Positions 1-9,554 of a DNA stretch of 54,201 bases are shown here, one piece after another. The position numbers and the translations under genes are program-made. The notes below the pieces were generated by a model. It was not told where the DNA came from, ran no database searches, and saw only the letters and a list, made by a program, of their open reading frames with translations. Every line of letters begins with the position of its first letter. The first letter of the stretch is position 1. The DNA is taken from positions 8,458 through 62,658 of the forward strand of contig CAYSPV010000004.1 in assembly GCA_964433025.1 (NCBI GenBank). Direction: 5' to 3'. This DNA is from an uncultured Staphylococcaceae bacterium. Lineage in GTDB: Bacteria; Bacillota_I; Bacilli_A; RFN20; CAG-826.

Positions 1-1940
1 CGTTTTCTTGTATCTATTAGTTCTTTATATGCTTTTTGAGCATCTCCTAATAGTTTAGAAACCATTTTAAGTAGATCTTCTTGAACACTTGTATCAACTT
101 TAGAAATAGCTCTTTTAACTGAATTAATAGAATCCGCTAATAAGGTGGTGTATTTAATAATGGCAGGAATATATCTTTTACCTACCATATGTATCATAGT
201 GCGAGCTTCAATATTTATATTCTTTGAATATAATTCATAAGATATTTCTTCTCTAGATTCTAATTCTGCTTTTGTAAATATATTAAATTTTTCAAATAAT
301 TTAATAGCTTTATCAGTGGTAATACTAGAAGCTGCTTCTACCATAGATTTAATATTTGGAAGGCCTCTTTTTTTACCTTCATTTACCCATTTAGTAGAAT
401 AACCATTGCCATTAAAGATAATTCTTTGATGCGCTTTAATAGTGTCTGCGATATATTTTTTACAAGAAGAATCAAAATCATCAGCTCTTTCTAATATGTC
501 TGCAGCTTCACAAAACGCTTCGGCTACAACTGCATTTAATACAGTATTTGCATCCGCAATTGAATCAGAAGAGCCAACCATTCTAAATTCAAATTTATTA
601 TTTGTAAAAGCAAATGGTGAAGTTCTATTTCTATCAGTAACATCAGCGTCTATTACAGGAACACTAGATACACCTGTATCAATTTTAGTTCCGCTTAAAT
701 GCGCGGACGCTACTCCTTTTTCTATTATTTGATTTACTACATCATTTAGTTGATTACCTAAAAATATTGATACTATTGCAGGTGGAGCTTCACTTGATCC
801 TAAACGATGATCATTTCCTGGATTAGAAGCTGATTGTCTAAGTAAATCAGCATGTGTATCAATAGCTTTAATAATACAGGCTAAGACTAATAAAAATTGT
901 AAATTTTCATTAGGAGAATCACCTGGATCTAATAAATTTTCTCCTGTATCTGTTCCTAATGACCAGTTATTGTGTTTACCAGAACCATTAACCCCAGCGT
1001 ATGGTTTTTCATGTAATAAACAGACTAAATCATGTTTAATAGCCACACGTTTCATTGTTTCCATTGCTAGTTGATTTTGATCTACAGCAATATTTGCTTT
1101 AGTGTATATAGGCGCTAGTTCATATTGAGCAGGTGCTACTTCGTTATGTTGTGTATTAACTGTAATACCCATTTTCCATAATTGGATATTTAAATCAGAC
1201 ATAAAAGAACCAACACGATCTCTAATAGAACCAAAATATTGATCATCTAATTCTTGACCCTTAGGAGCAGGTGCTCCAAATAAGGTTCTACCAGTATAAA
1301 TCATATCGCAACGCTTTAAGTATTTTTTACGATCAATTAAAAAATATTCTTGTTCAGGTCCTACAGATGGATAAACAGCTTTAGCTTTATTATTTCCAAA
1401 AAGTCTTACGATACGAATGCCTTGTTTGCTAATAGCTTCCATCGAACGTAGAAGTGGTGTTTTCTTATCCAATGCTTGACCTGTATATGAAATAAATACA
1501 GTGGGAATACATAAAATATTTCCTGCTTCTGTTTCTTTTATAAAAGCAGGAGATGTAATATCCCAAGCTGTATAACCTCTTGCATAATGAGTGGCTCTTA
1601 GACCCCCTGTTGGAAAAGATGATGCATCTGGTTCACCTTTAATTAATTGTTTTCCTGTTAGTTTTAATATTATTTTTCCACTTCCAGGATGAGCGATAAA
1701 AGCTTCATGTTTTTCAGCAGTAACGCCAGTTAATGGCTGAAACCAGTGGGTGTAGTGGGTAGCACCCTTTTCGACAGCCCAGATTTTCATTTCATTAGCC
1801 ACGATATCAGCATTTTCCATAGAAATTTGTCCACCTTCATCTACTACACGTTTGATTTCTTCAAACACTTTTTTAGGTAGACGTTTTTCCATTACTGGAA
1901 TGCTGAATACATTACTTCCAAAAATTTCTGTAATATTCAT
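1..1940 (-). CDS. glnN: Glutamine synthetase type III (GlnN), N-terminal ~646 codons; the C-terminus runs off the window start
   Basis: Not in the ORF track because it is open at the window edge. I reverse-translated by hand from the ATG at the complement of 1938-1940, with a GGGGGA SD-like element about 10 nt upstream. This gives MNITEIFGSNVFSIPVMEKRLPKKVFEEIKRVVDEGGQISMENADIVANEMKIWAVEKGATHYTHWFQPLTG..., typical of the GS-III N-terminus. Spot checks at 3-59 and 900-960 stay in frame with no stops. Confidence 0.85.
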   Translation of the reverse strand, partial: MNITEIFGSNVFSIPVMEKRLPKKVFEEIKRVVDEGGQISMENADIVANEMKIWAVEKGATHYTHWFQPLTGVTAEKHEAFIAHPGSGKIILKLTGKQLIKGEPDASSFPTGGLRATHYARGYTAWDITSPAFIKETEAGNILCIPTVFISYTGQALDKKTPLLRSMEAISKQGIRIVRLFGNNKAKAVYPSVGPEQEYFLIDRKKYLKRCDMIYTGRTLFGAPAPKGQELDDQYFGSIRDRVGSFMSDLNIQLWKMGITVNTQHNEVAPAQYELAPIYTKANIAVDQNQLAMETMKRVAIKHDLVCLLHEKPYAGVNGSGKHNNWSLGTDTGENLLDPGDSPNENLQFLLVLACIIKAIDTHADLLRQSASNPGNDHRLGSSEAPPAIVSIFLGNQLNDVVNQIIEKGVASAHLSGTKIDTGVSSVPVIDADVTDRNRTSPFAFTNNKFEFRMVGSSDSIADANTVLNAVVAEAFCEAADILERADDFDSSCKKYIADTIKAHQRIIFNGNGYSTKWVNEGKKRGLPNIKSMVEAASSITTDKAIKLFEKFNIFTKAELESREEISYELYSKNINIEARTMIHMVGKRYIPAIIKYTTLLADSINSVKRAISKVDTSVQEDLLKMVSKLLGDAQKAYKELIDTRK

Positions 1941-2019
1941 AGATAAAAATCCCCCTATGTATTACTTTGATGTGTATTTATGTGCATATCATACTATCTA
2001 TGTAACAAATATGCAAATT

Positions 2020-3354
2020 TTAATTATCTAGTTTATCTTTTTGCTTTTTTCTCCAATTTTTAATTTCTTCTAGTCTTGCTTTATATTTAATTTCTAAACC
2101 CTGTTCAGTAGGTTCATAATATATTTTATCTTTTAAAGAATCTGGTAAACATTGCATTAAGGCTATTTTATCTTTTGTATCATGAGCGTATACATACCCT
2201 TTTCCATATCCTAAATCTTTCATTAATTTAGTTTCTGCATTTCTAATAATAAGTGGTACAGGCTCATTTAACATATTAATAGCATCACCTCTAGCTTTTA
2301 AATAAGCTTTTTCCATAGAATTAGATTTAGGAGACATAGCCATATAGATAACTGCATGAGTTAATATAACATTACATTCAGGCATACCAATATAATGACA
2401 TGCTTGATAAGCAGAGACTGCGAGTGTTAGGGCTTTAGAGTCCGCTAGTCCTATATCTTCACTTGCAAATCTAATTATTCTTCTTGCTATATATAAAGGA
2501 TCTTCTCCTGATTCAAGCATTCTTGCTAGCCAATAAATAGCAGCGTCAGGATCAGAATTTCGCATTGATTTATGCAAGGCAGAAATCAAATTATAATGTT
2601 CTTCTCCTTTTTTATCATATAAAAAGGATTTTTTAGATGTTATTTGTTCTATTATTTCTTTATCAATTGTGATGCTTCCATCATCATTAACTTTTCCATT
2701 TAATATTGACATCTCTAATATTGATAATGAATTTCTAGCATCACCATTAGCAAAATTTGCGATTACATATAACAATTCATCATCAATATTTATTTTTTGA
2801 TCTCCAAATCCTTTTTTACTAGTAATCGCAGATTTTAAGATAGTCACTATTTCACCTAAACTTAAAGCATTTAAAACAAATACTTTACATCTAGATAGTA
2901 AAGCTGAATTAACTTCAAAAGATGGGTTTTCAGTAGTAGCGCCTATTAAAATAATACTTCCTTTTTCTACATAAGGTAAAAAGGCGTCTTGTTGGGCTTT
3001 ATTAAAGCGGTGGATTTCATCCACAAACAATATAGTTCTTTCACCAAATTGTCTATTTTTTTCTGCTTGTTCCATGACTTGTTTTATTTCTTTAATTCCT
3101 GAAGTAACAGCAGAAAAATTAATAAAATTAGATTTACTTTTATTAGCGATTATTCTTGCTAAAGTGGTTTTACCCACTCCTGGTGGACCCCAAAATATCA
3201 TTGATGTGATTAAATCTTTTTCAATAATATTTCTTAATATCTTACCTTTACCTAATAGATGAGATTGTCCTATAAACTCATCTAGAGTTTCAGGTCTAAG
3301 TCTAGAAGCTAAAGGTTGAGTTTTATCATCTTCAAATAAATTTATTTGTTCCAT
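2020..3354 (-). CDS. rarA: Replication-associated recombination protein A (RarA/MgsA AAA+ ATPase)
   Basis: 444 aa. Walker A GPPGVGKTTLA, Walker B LFVDEIHRF, and the C-terminal MgsA-type helical region (SALHKSMRNSDPDAAIYWLARML). Confidence 0.92.
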   Translation of the reverse strand: MEQINLFEDDKTQPLASRLRPETLDEFIGQSHLLGKGKILRNIIEKDLITSMIFWGPPGVGKTTLARIIANKSKSNFINFSAVTSGIKEIKQVMEQAEKNRQFGERTILFVDEIHRFNKAQQDAFLPYVEKGSIILIGATTENPSFEVNSALLSRCKVFVLNALSLGEIVTILKSAITSKKGFGDQKINIDDELLYVIANFANGDARNSLSILEMSILNGKVNDDGSITIDKEIIEQITSKKSFLYDKKGEEHYNLISALHKSMRNSDPDAAIYWLARMLESGEDPLYIARRIIRFASEDIGLADSKALTLAVSAYQACHYIGMPECNVILTHAVIYMAMSPKSNSMEKAYLKARGDAINMLNEPVPLIIRNAETKLMKDLGYGKGYVYAHDTKDKIALMQCLPDSLKDKIYYEPTEQGLEIKYKARLEEIKNWRKKQKDKLDN

Positions 3355-3357
3355 ATA

Positions 3358-4071
3358 TTATGCAAATTTTTCCGCAGTTTCTATAGCTACTTCAACCATA
3401 TTAGCTAAACCTAGTTGTCTTTGTTCTGCTGTTAATTTTTCTTTTTTAATAAAATGATCAGTAACAGTTAATAAACATAACGCTCTTTTTTTATAACGCA
3501 TAGCAGTGGTATATAAAGCATAAGATTCCATCTCTACACCCATAATGCCTAATTTCGCCCATTTTTTCCAAGTATCAGGATCTTCATCATAAAAGACATC
3601 TGCACTAAAGATAGGTCCTACTTTTAATGGCATATTTTTTCTTTTTAAAACATTATAAGCTTCTAAAGTTAATTCAAAATCACTAGCAGCGCTTAATTGT
3701 TCTAATCCATATTGTTTATACCAATTACTATCAGTAGAGGCACTAGAGCACACTAAGACATCAAATAAATTAATATCTTCTTGATAAGCTCCACATGTAC
3801 CTACTCTAATAATTGTCTCTACTCCATATGAACAATAAAGTTCATGACAGTAAATTCCGATAGAAGGTATTCCCATACCTGAAGCCATAACAGATATTAA
3901 TTTATTGTTTTTAGTATAACCTGTATAACCAAATATTCCTCTAACTGAGGTAACTAATTTATAGTCGTGCAAATAAGTTTCAGCGATCCATTTAGCTCTT
4001 AAGGGATCTCCTGGCATTAAAACTACTTTTGCAAAATCATTATCATTAGCATTTATATGAGGTGTTGGCAT
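3358..4071 (-). CDS. deoD: Purine nucleoside phosphorylase, DeoD type
   Basis: 237 aa. MPTPHINA... N-terminus, GDPLRAKWIAETYL and GVEMESYALY segments characteristic of hexameric PNP. Confidence 0.9.
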   Translation of the reverse strand: MPTPHINANDNDFAKVVLMPGDPLRAKWIAETYLHDYKLVTSVRGIFGYTGYTKNNKLISVMASGMGIPSIGIYCHELYCSYGVETIIRVGTCGAYQEDINLFDVLVCSSASTDSNWYKQYGLEQLSAASDFELTLEAYNVLKRKNMPLKVGPIFSADVFYDEDPDTWKKWAKLGIMGVEMESYALYTTAMRYKKRALCLLTVTDHFIKKEKLTAEQRQLGLANMVEVAIETAEKFA

Positions 4072-4331
4072 ATTTTATCTCCTTTTTTAACTAAAGTTAT
4101 TATAAATTAATTTCAAATTTATGGCATTAGTTTTTATAAATATAAATGACCTAAATTAATTAAAATGTGTTGCAAAACTTAATTTTAATTATAAGAAATT
4201 GCTATTTTTAAAATTTTTTATTTCAAAAACATTGCAAATCTACACTAATTTTTTAAAAAGAGGAAAACGATATAATTTTTGCTTAAAATTATAGTTAATA
4301 TTTTGTATTATTTATAGGTAGAGGCGACAAA

Positions 4332-5144
4332 ATGAATTTTATTTGGGATTATATCGGGGAAGACGTTGGAATCACACTTACTAACATAATAGTAGATCTA
4401 GTAGTGGTATGTGTCATCTATGCGATATTAGTTTTTGTTTTTGTAAAATGTATTAAAAGAATTGCAGGCTATATTTTATTAGGATCATCATTTGTAAGTT
4501 TAGTCTTATGTTATATTTTAATGTTAGATCTTGCTTTAATATTAGTAGCAATAGTAACAGCCTGTTTTATCACTGGAATGTTATTTGCTAATATGTCTGA
4601 GCTTAGAACATATATGTCTAATTCATTTAAACGCACAGTCAGTAAAACAAATAAAAATCATGTTGAAAAAATATTTGATAGACACGCAACATATCAAGTA
4701 ATCGATAGCACAGTTAAAGCCTTATCAAGAGCAAAAATTGGAGCCTTATTAACTTTTGAAAGAACTGCTTTATTAGATGATTTTTGTCGAAATGGGGTTA
4801 AAGTAGACGCTCCTATTTCTCAAGAATTATTAATGACTATATTTTATCCAGGAACAAGACTACATGACGGTGCAGTTATTATTCATGGTAATACCATAAA
4901 AGCTGCTGCTGTATTTTTTACACCATCTACTAAAGCTTTTACCACTAAATATGGTTCAAGACATAGAGCCGCGATTGGTATAAGTGAAGTATCTGATTCT
5001 GTTACTGTAGTGGTTAGTGAAGAAACTGGCCGTATCTCATTTGCCATTAATGGACAAATTGAAACAGTTAGTCCTGAAAACTTCTTAAGGGTTTTTGAAA
5101 ACTACATGATAGATTATGAAAGTGAAAACGAAAGCTTTGAATAA
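4332..5144 (+). CDS. cdaA: Diadenylate cyclase CdaA (c-di-AMP synthase), membrane anchored
   Basis: Three N-terminal TM helices followed by a DAC domain with LHDGAVII and GSRHRAAIGISE motifs. Followed by glmM, as in the conserved cdaA-(cdaR)-glmM locus. Confidence 0.9.
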   Translation: MNFIWDYIGEDVGITLTNIIVDLVVVCVIYAILVFVFVKCIKRIAGYILLGSSFVSLVLCYILMLDLALILVAIVTACFITGMLFANMSELRTYMSNSFKRTVSKTNKNHVEKIFDRHATYQVIDSTVKALSRAKIGALLTFERTALLDDFCRNGVKVDAPISQELLMTIFYPGTRLHDGAVIIHGNTIKAAAVFFTPSTKAFTTKYGSRHRAAIGISEVSDSVTVVVSEETGRISFAINGQIETVSPENFLRVFENYMIDYESENESFE

Positions 5145-6456
5145 ATATTTTGGAACAGATGGTATCAGGGGAAACGCTGATACGTTATTAGACGACCATT
5201 TATGTTATAAGATAGGTCGTTTTTTAGGTCATTATAATAATAAGCAAAACACAATAATAATTGGAAGAGATACTAGAATATCTGGTAGTCGTATTGTTAA
5301 AGCTTTAGCAAGTGGTTTAACTAGAAGTGGTGCTAATATCAAATATTTAGATATAACCTCTACACCCTCTGTTTGTTATGCTTTAGCAAGTAATTTAGAT
5401 TTTGATTTTGGCATTATGATAAGCGCATCTCATAATCCTTATCAAGATAATGGAATTAAAATATTTAAAAAATCAGGCATTAAAATAGATGAAGAATTAG
5501 AAGCTGAAATAGAAGATTATATTGATAATAATGATATCACTTCCGAAATAGTGGACATCAATTTATCTGTTGATGAAACACTTATTAATGATTATTTAAA
5601 TTATCTAGCTAGTAAATATAAATATGATAGAAAATATAAAATTTTAATAGACTGTGCGAATGGTTCAACATCTTTACTTGCTAAAAGATTATTTAAAGAT
5701 AAATTAAATCAAGAAGTCACTATTATTAATGATAAATTTGATGGTAAAAATATTAATTTTGAATGTGGATCCACTCATATAGAATGCATTCAAAAATATA
5801 TTAAAGAAAATGATTATGATATTGGATTTTCTTTTGATGGTGATGGTGATAGATTGATCGCAATTGATAGATATGGAAATGTTTGTAATGGTGATTATCA
5901 AATATATTTAGGCGCTAAATATTTAAAAGAAATTAAACAATTAAATAATAACAAAGTCGTAGTGACTTCTATGACTAATTTAGGTACCCTAGATGACCTT
6001 AGTAAAATAGATATTGGCTATGAAATCGTAGATGTTGGTGATAAATATGTTTATCAATGTTTAGATAAGTATAATTTATCAGTAGGTGGAGAACAAAGCG
6101 GACATATCATATACCGTAATGATTTAAACACTGGTGATGGTATGTTAAGTGCGATTCAACTATTAAATATTATGTCTTATTTTAACTATGATTTAGCTAA
6201 TTTAATTAAGGATTTGCAAACTTTTCCACAAGTTTTAATTAATTTAGAAGTTAATGATAAAGATAAAATAATGCAAGAAATTGAAAGTAATTTGGATATT
6301 AAAAATTTATATAAATCTTTATCTAAAAAAGAACTATTATCGATAAGAAAAAGTGGTACGGAACCACTTATAAGATTAATGTGTCAAGCTCCTAATATTG
6401 AGCGTTGTAATGAAGTTATAAATAAAGCAGTAAATATTATTAAATCAATTGATTAA
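5116..6456 (+). CDS. glmM: Phosphoglucosamine mutase
   Basis: KYFGTDGIRG N-terminus, active-site SASHNP, and the metal loop FDGDGDR. By homology the true start is probably the in-frame TTG at 5137 (MNKYFGTDG...), which gives an 8-nt overlap with cdaA. Confidence 0.92.
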   Translation: MKVKTKALNKYFGTDGIRGNADTLLDDHLCYKIGRFLGHYNNKQNTIIIGRDTRISGSRIVKALASGLTRSGANIKYLDITSTPSVCYALASNLDFDFGIMISASHNPYQDNGIKIFKKSGIKIDEELEAEIEDYIDNNDITSEIVDINLSVDETLINDYLNYLASKYKYDRKYKILIDCANGSTSLLAKRLFKDKLNQEVTIINDKFDGKNINFECGSTHIECIQKYIKENDYDIGFSFDGDGDRLIAIDRYGNVCNGDYQIYLGAKYLKEIKQLNNNKVVVTSMTNLGTLDDLSKIDIGYEIVDVGDKYVYQCLDKYNLSVGGEQSGHIIYRNDLNTGDGMLSAIQLLNIMSYFNYDLANLIKDLQTFPQVLINLEVNDKDKIMQEIESNLDIKNLYKSLSKKELLSIRKSGTEPLIRLMCQAPNIERCNEVINKAVNIIKSID

Positions 6457-6887
6457 TCATAGTTAGTCATAACTTGTCTAATAGATATTAATTCCACACC
6501 TATTTTAAGTAAGTTATCTTTTAAATAATCAAAGCTAATATCTTCTTTTAATAATGTAATTTCATTAATAAATCTATCGATTGGTTTTTGTGTGTAATGA
6601 TAAGTTTTAACATCAATAATGTTATATTTAATTTCTACTTTTTTACCATTGTTTAAATAAAATGTTTTCTTAGCATTGTTAGTAGTGTAATACCCCACAC
6701 GTCTATAAACAAAAGGCCAAAACCAATACCAACCATGTTCACATGTTTTATAATATTCTTGCATTTTTTCAATAATCATTTTGGTATCTTTTTTAACATA
6801 ATAAATACAAGTTAAAACAAAAAATAATATTCCAATAAATAAGGCTATTGAGATAGCAACAATAACATAAATAGTTTCATCTGACAT
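6453..6887 (-). CDS. Hypothetical single-pass membrane protein (possibly a remote SPFH-like fragment)
   Basis: 144-aa ORF with an N-terminal TM helix (IYVIVAISIALFIGILFFVLTCIYYV). I recognised no confident motif. Confidence 0.55.
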   Translation of the reverse strand: MSDETIYVIVAISIALFIGILFFVLTCIYYVKKDTKMIIEKMQEYYKTCEHGWYWFWPFVYRRVGYYTTNNAKKTFYLNNGKKVEIKYNIIDVKTYHYTQKPIDRFINEITLLKEDISFDYLKDNLLKIGVELISIRQVMTNYD

Positions 6888-6976
6888 AACTTGTATTATA
6901 TATCAAAAATCAATTATTAAAAGTTTTACTTTTAGAGTTTATTTTTATGTAGTCTTTAATATATAATTATTTTTAC

Positions 6977-7585
6977 ATGGATAGTAAACAGATTTATGAC
7001 TTTATTATTAAGGTGCAATCAATTGCCAAAATTGGTTTAGTGCATTCAAAAGATCCTTACGCAATAGCAAATTATAATGAGATCAATGAATTATCTAAAT
7101 CATTTTTAGAAGATTTTCAAAATGTTAAATTTGATAGAAACAATTATTTTGAAAGAAATATCTATCCCACTCCAAATGTATCTGTTAGAACAATTATCTT
7201 AAGTGATGATAAATCTAAAGTATTAATGGTAAGAGAAGCTGATGATCATACCTATTCTTTACCTGGTGGATGGTGTGATTTATATGATGCACCTAGTGAT
7301 GCAGCTTTAAAAGAATGTCAGCAAGAAGCAGGAGCAGAAATTAAACTTATCCGTTTAGTGGGCATCTTAAATAGAACCCCATTTAAAGAAAAAACATCTG
7401 TTCCTGAATATGTAATTATCTTTTTAGCTAAATTAAAAGCTCCTATTCATGAACATGAGTTTGAAACTGATGAAGTGAAATTTTTTGATGTAAATAATCT
7501 TCCTAAAAACTGTGATAAAGTGACTTTAGATGAGATTAAAAAAATGATTGATGCTTGTTTAAATAACAAGACTATATTTGATTAA
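6977..7585 (+). CDS. NUDIX hydrolase with an N-terminal Nudix_N-like extension
   Basis: 202 aa. Nudix-box-like segment LPGGWCDLYDAPSDAALKECQQEAGAE. Confidence 0.85.
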   Translation: MDSKQIYDFIIKVQSIAKIGLVHSKDPYAIANYNEINELSKSFLEDFQNVKFDRNNYFERNIYPTPNVSVRTIILSDDKSKVLMVREADDHTYSLPGGWCDLYDAPSDAALKECQQEAGAEIKLIRLVGILNRTPFKEKTSVPEYVIIFLAKLKAPIHEHEFETDEVKFFDVNNLPKNCDKVTLDEIKKMIDACLNNKTIFD

Positions 7586-7595
7586 AGGAGGTTAT

Positions 7596-8255
7596 ATGAT
7601 TATTTTAGATGATGGCTTACAACCAGTAGCGATTGCAGGATTAATTATTATCGCTGTTATCGTGGTAATTATGGTGTTATTGTTTTTCTTTTATAAACCG
7701 ATTAAAAGATATTTTTATAAACGTAAATATAAAGATTTTTATGGTAAAAAAATCTATAAAATTGCTTTATATGAAGACTTTTATTTAATCAATAATTTTG
7801 TCTTTAAACATGATGATACGAAATATTCACGTATTGATCATATTTTGTTTGGAAATAAATTTATTTATTTAATTAATGATTATTATTTTGATGGTTCTTT
7901 AACAGGAACACCTGATAATCAATCATTAGTTTTGATACAAAATGATAAAAAAGTGTATGTTGACAATCCCATCAATGATAGTAAACTTCTTTTAAAGCGT
8001 TTATCTTCAGTAGTGGATATTGACGCTGAAATGTTAATTGGAATATCTATTGTAAACAATGAATGTGCAATAGATATGGAACAAAAAAATCAACAAATAT
8101 ATCTTATTCAAGAAAATTATTTAGCTAAATTAATTAAAGCTATTGAATCAAGACCAATAGCGGAAATTAACGCTGATCAACTTCAAATTGTCGTACAAGA
8201 ATTAGACAGATTTAATAGAAAGGGAAAAGCCAGACGTGATAAAAGGAATTTTTAA
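7596..8255 (+). CDS. Membrane-anchored NERD-domain-like protein
   Basis: AGGAGG 6 nt upstream of the ATG at 7596. N-terminal TM helix. The segment YLINNFVFKHDDTKYSRIDHILFGNKFIYLIN resembles the NERD nuclease-related core. Confidence 0.5.
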   Translation: MIILDDGLQPVAIAGLIIIAVIVVIMVLLFFFYKPIKRYFYKRKYKDFYGKKIYKIALYEDFYLINNFVFKHDDTKYSRIDHILFGNKFIYLINDYYFDGSLTGTPDNQSLVLIQNDKKVYVDNPINDSKLLLKRLSSVVDIDAEMLIGISIVNNECAIDMEQKNQQIYLIQENYLAKLIKAIESRPIAEINADQLQIVVQELDRFNRKGKARRDKRNF

Positions 8256-9318
8256 AAACGCATTAGATAATTTAAAAAAGAATTGGGCAATTATTGCTTG
8301 CTTATGTTTAATGTTAGCTTTAGTGGGAGCTCTTGTTTTTAGTGTTGATTTACTTTATTTTGGTTTAGGTTTACTTATTTGTTTACCTTTTGTTTTAATG
8401 CCAATGTTTTTTGCTATTCAAGTAGCAATTTATGGTCTTAGAAGAAGTAGTAATCCTTCATGGAGACTATTTTTTAGATTTTTTGCTTCTTATTTTAAAA
8501 AATCCTTTAGAGGATGTTTTAGATATATATTTACATTTTTTTGTACAGCCTTTGTGTTTATATTCTTTTACTACATATTCGTAACTGTATCTGAAAATGT
8601 ATGTATTAACATTTATGGTTATGATCATTTTGTTGAGATTTATAATGAGCTTTATACCGCTTTATATTATGACTTTGATTTAGTGACTATGTATGAATTA
8701 CTCGCTACTAGTGAGATGATGACATTATTTTATGTTGCTATATTACCTGCAGCAGGTATTGCCGCAGTATTTTTCTTTACAATGTTATCTTTAAATTCAT
8801 TTTATGTTTATTTTAAAATTGATCACACTAAATATAATCCCCAGTACGCTAAGATGGTATTTAGAGTAGGAAAAAGAGAATCTAATGGCGGAATTTGGAA
8901 AGCATTTTTTGCCCTAAATTGGCCAATGTATATATTCATTATTGGAGGTTTTTGTGGTGGAGCCTGTTTAGGATATTATTTAGGTTATAATTTCTTAAAT
9001 GGTATATCTTTAGCATTAATAGTTATGATGGGGGCAATGTTTTTATACTTACCATTTTATTTTTCTATAAATGAATCTATTTTTATCGCTAATAAAGATA
9101 GTTTTGCTAAAGCTCCTGATATTACTAAAAAGATGGTTATTAATTCTTTACAAAATCAAATTAATATTATGAACGCTAATATTAATAGCATGCAAAATCA
9201 AGATGATAAACCTACAAGTGAGGATATTATCGATAATGATGAATCAGCGTTCAACACTAACAATACTAATAACAATAATACAGACGATAATAATAACGAC
9301 AATAACACCACAAATTAA
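8236..9318 (+). CDS. Polytopic membrane protein (DUF975-like?) with an N/D/T-rich low-complexity tail
   Basis: 360-aa ORF with multiple hydrophobic helices. N-terminus FKNALDNLKKNWAIIA. C-terminus ...NTNNTNNNNTDDNNNDNNTTN. Confidence 0.6.
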   Translation: MIKGIFKNALDNLKKNWAIIACLCLMLALVGALVFSVDLLYFGLGLLICLPFVLMPMFFAIQVAIYGLRRSSNPSWRLFFRFFASYFKKSFRGCFRYIFTFFCTAFVFIFFYYIFVTVSENVCINIYGYDHFVEIYNELYTALYYDFDLVTMYELLATSEMMTLFYVAILPAAGIAAVFFFTMLSLNSFYVYFKIDHTKYNPQYAKMVFRVGKRESNGGIWKAFFALNWPMYIFIIGGFCGGACLGYYLGYNFLNGISLALIVMMGAMFLYLPFYFSINESIFIANKDSFAKAPDITKKMVINSLQNQINIMNANINSMQNQDDKPTSEDIIDNDESAFNTNNTNNNNTDDNNNDNNTTN

Positions 9319-9384
9319 TAATTTTAAATATAATTTAAATTTTGTTATAATAACTAAGTCTAATTTTTAAATGTCATTAAAAAA

Positions 9385-9400
9385 CTAGCCTATAGGCTAG
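9385..9400. terminator. Perfect 16-bp palindrome (ctagcctataggctag), likely a bidirectional terminator
   Basis: Lies between the end of the + strand CDS (9318) and the 3' end of the minus-strand tRNA-Gly. It is nested inside a longer inverted repeat, gtctaattt / aaattagac. Confidence 0.6.
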
Positions 9401-9413
9401 AAATTAGACAATC

Positions 9414-9487
9414 TGGAGCAGGTGACGAGAATCGAACTCGCATAACTACCTTGGCAAGGTAGTGTTCTACCACTGAACTACACCTGC
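9414..9487 (-). tRNA. tRNA-Gly (anticodon GCC)
   Basis: The reverse complement GCAGGTGTAGTTCAGTGGTAGAACACTACCTTGCCAAGGTAGTTATGCGAGTTCGATTCTCGTCACCTGCTCCA folds as a cloverleaf. The anticodon loop is TTGCCAA and the CCA end is encoded. Confidence 0.93.
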
Positions 9488-9554
9488 ATTTACAGCGAGT
9501 ATTATTATAACAAACAAATGATATCTTGCAACATTTAATTTTTAAAAGAGGTTA

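Noticed and set aside
442-732. 96-aa + strand ORF
   Set aside because: It lies entirely antisense to the glnN coding frame, has no RBS, and its composition looks like a shadow ORF.
5116-5144. Programmed frameshift or fusion between cdaA and glmM
   Set aside because: This is a simple short overlap of two complete, independently recognisable genes. Alternative in-frame GTG/TTG starts explain it.
9488-9554. T-box or other leader upstream of gltX
   Set aside because: Only about 65 nt separate tRNA-Gly from the start codon. That is too short for a T-box, and it contains only promoter/RBS-like sequence.
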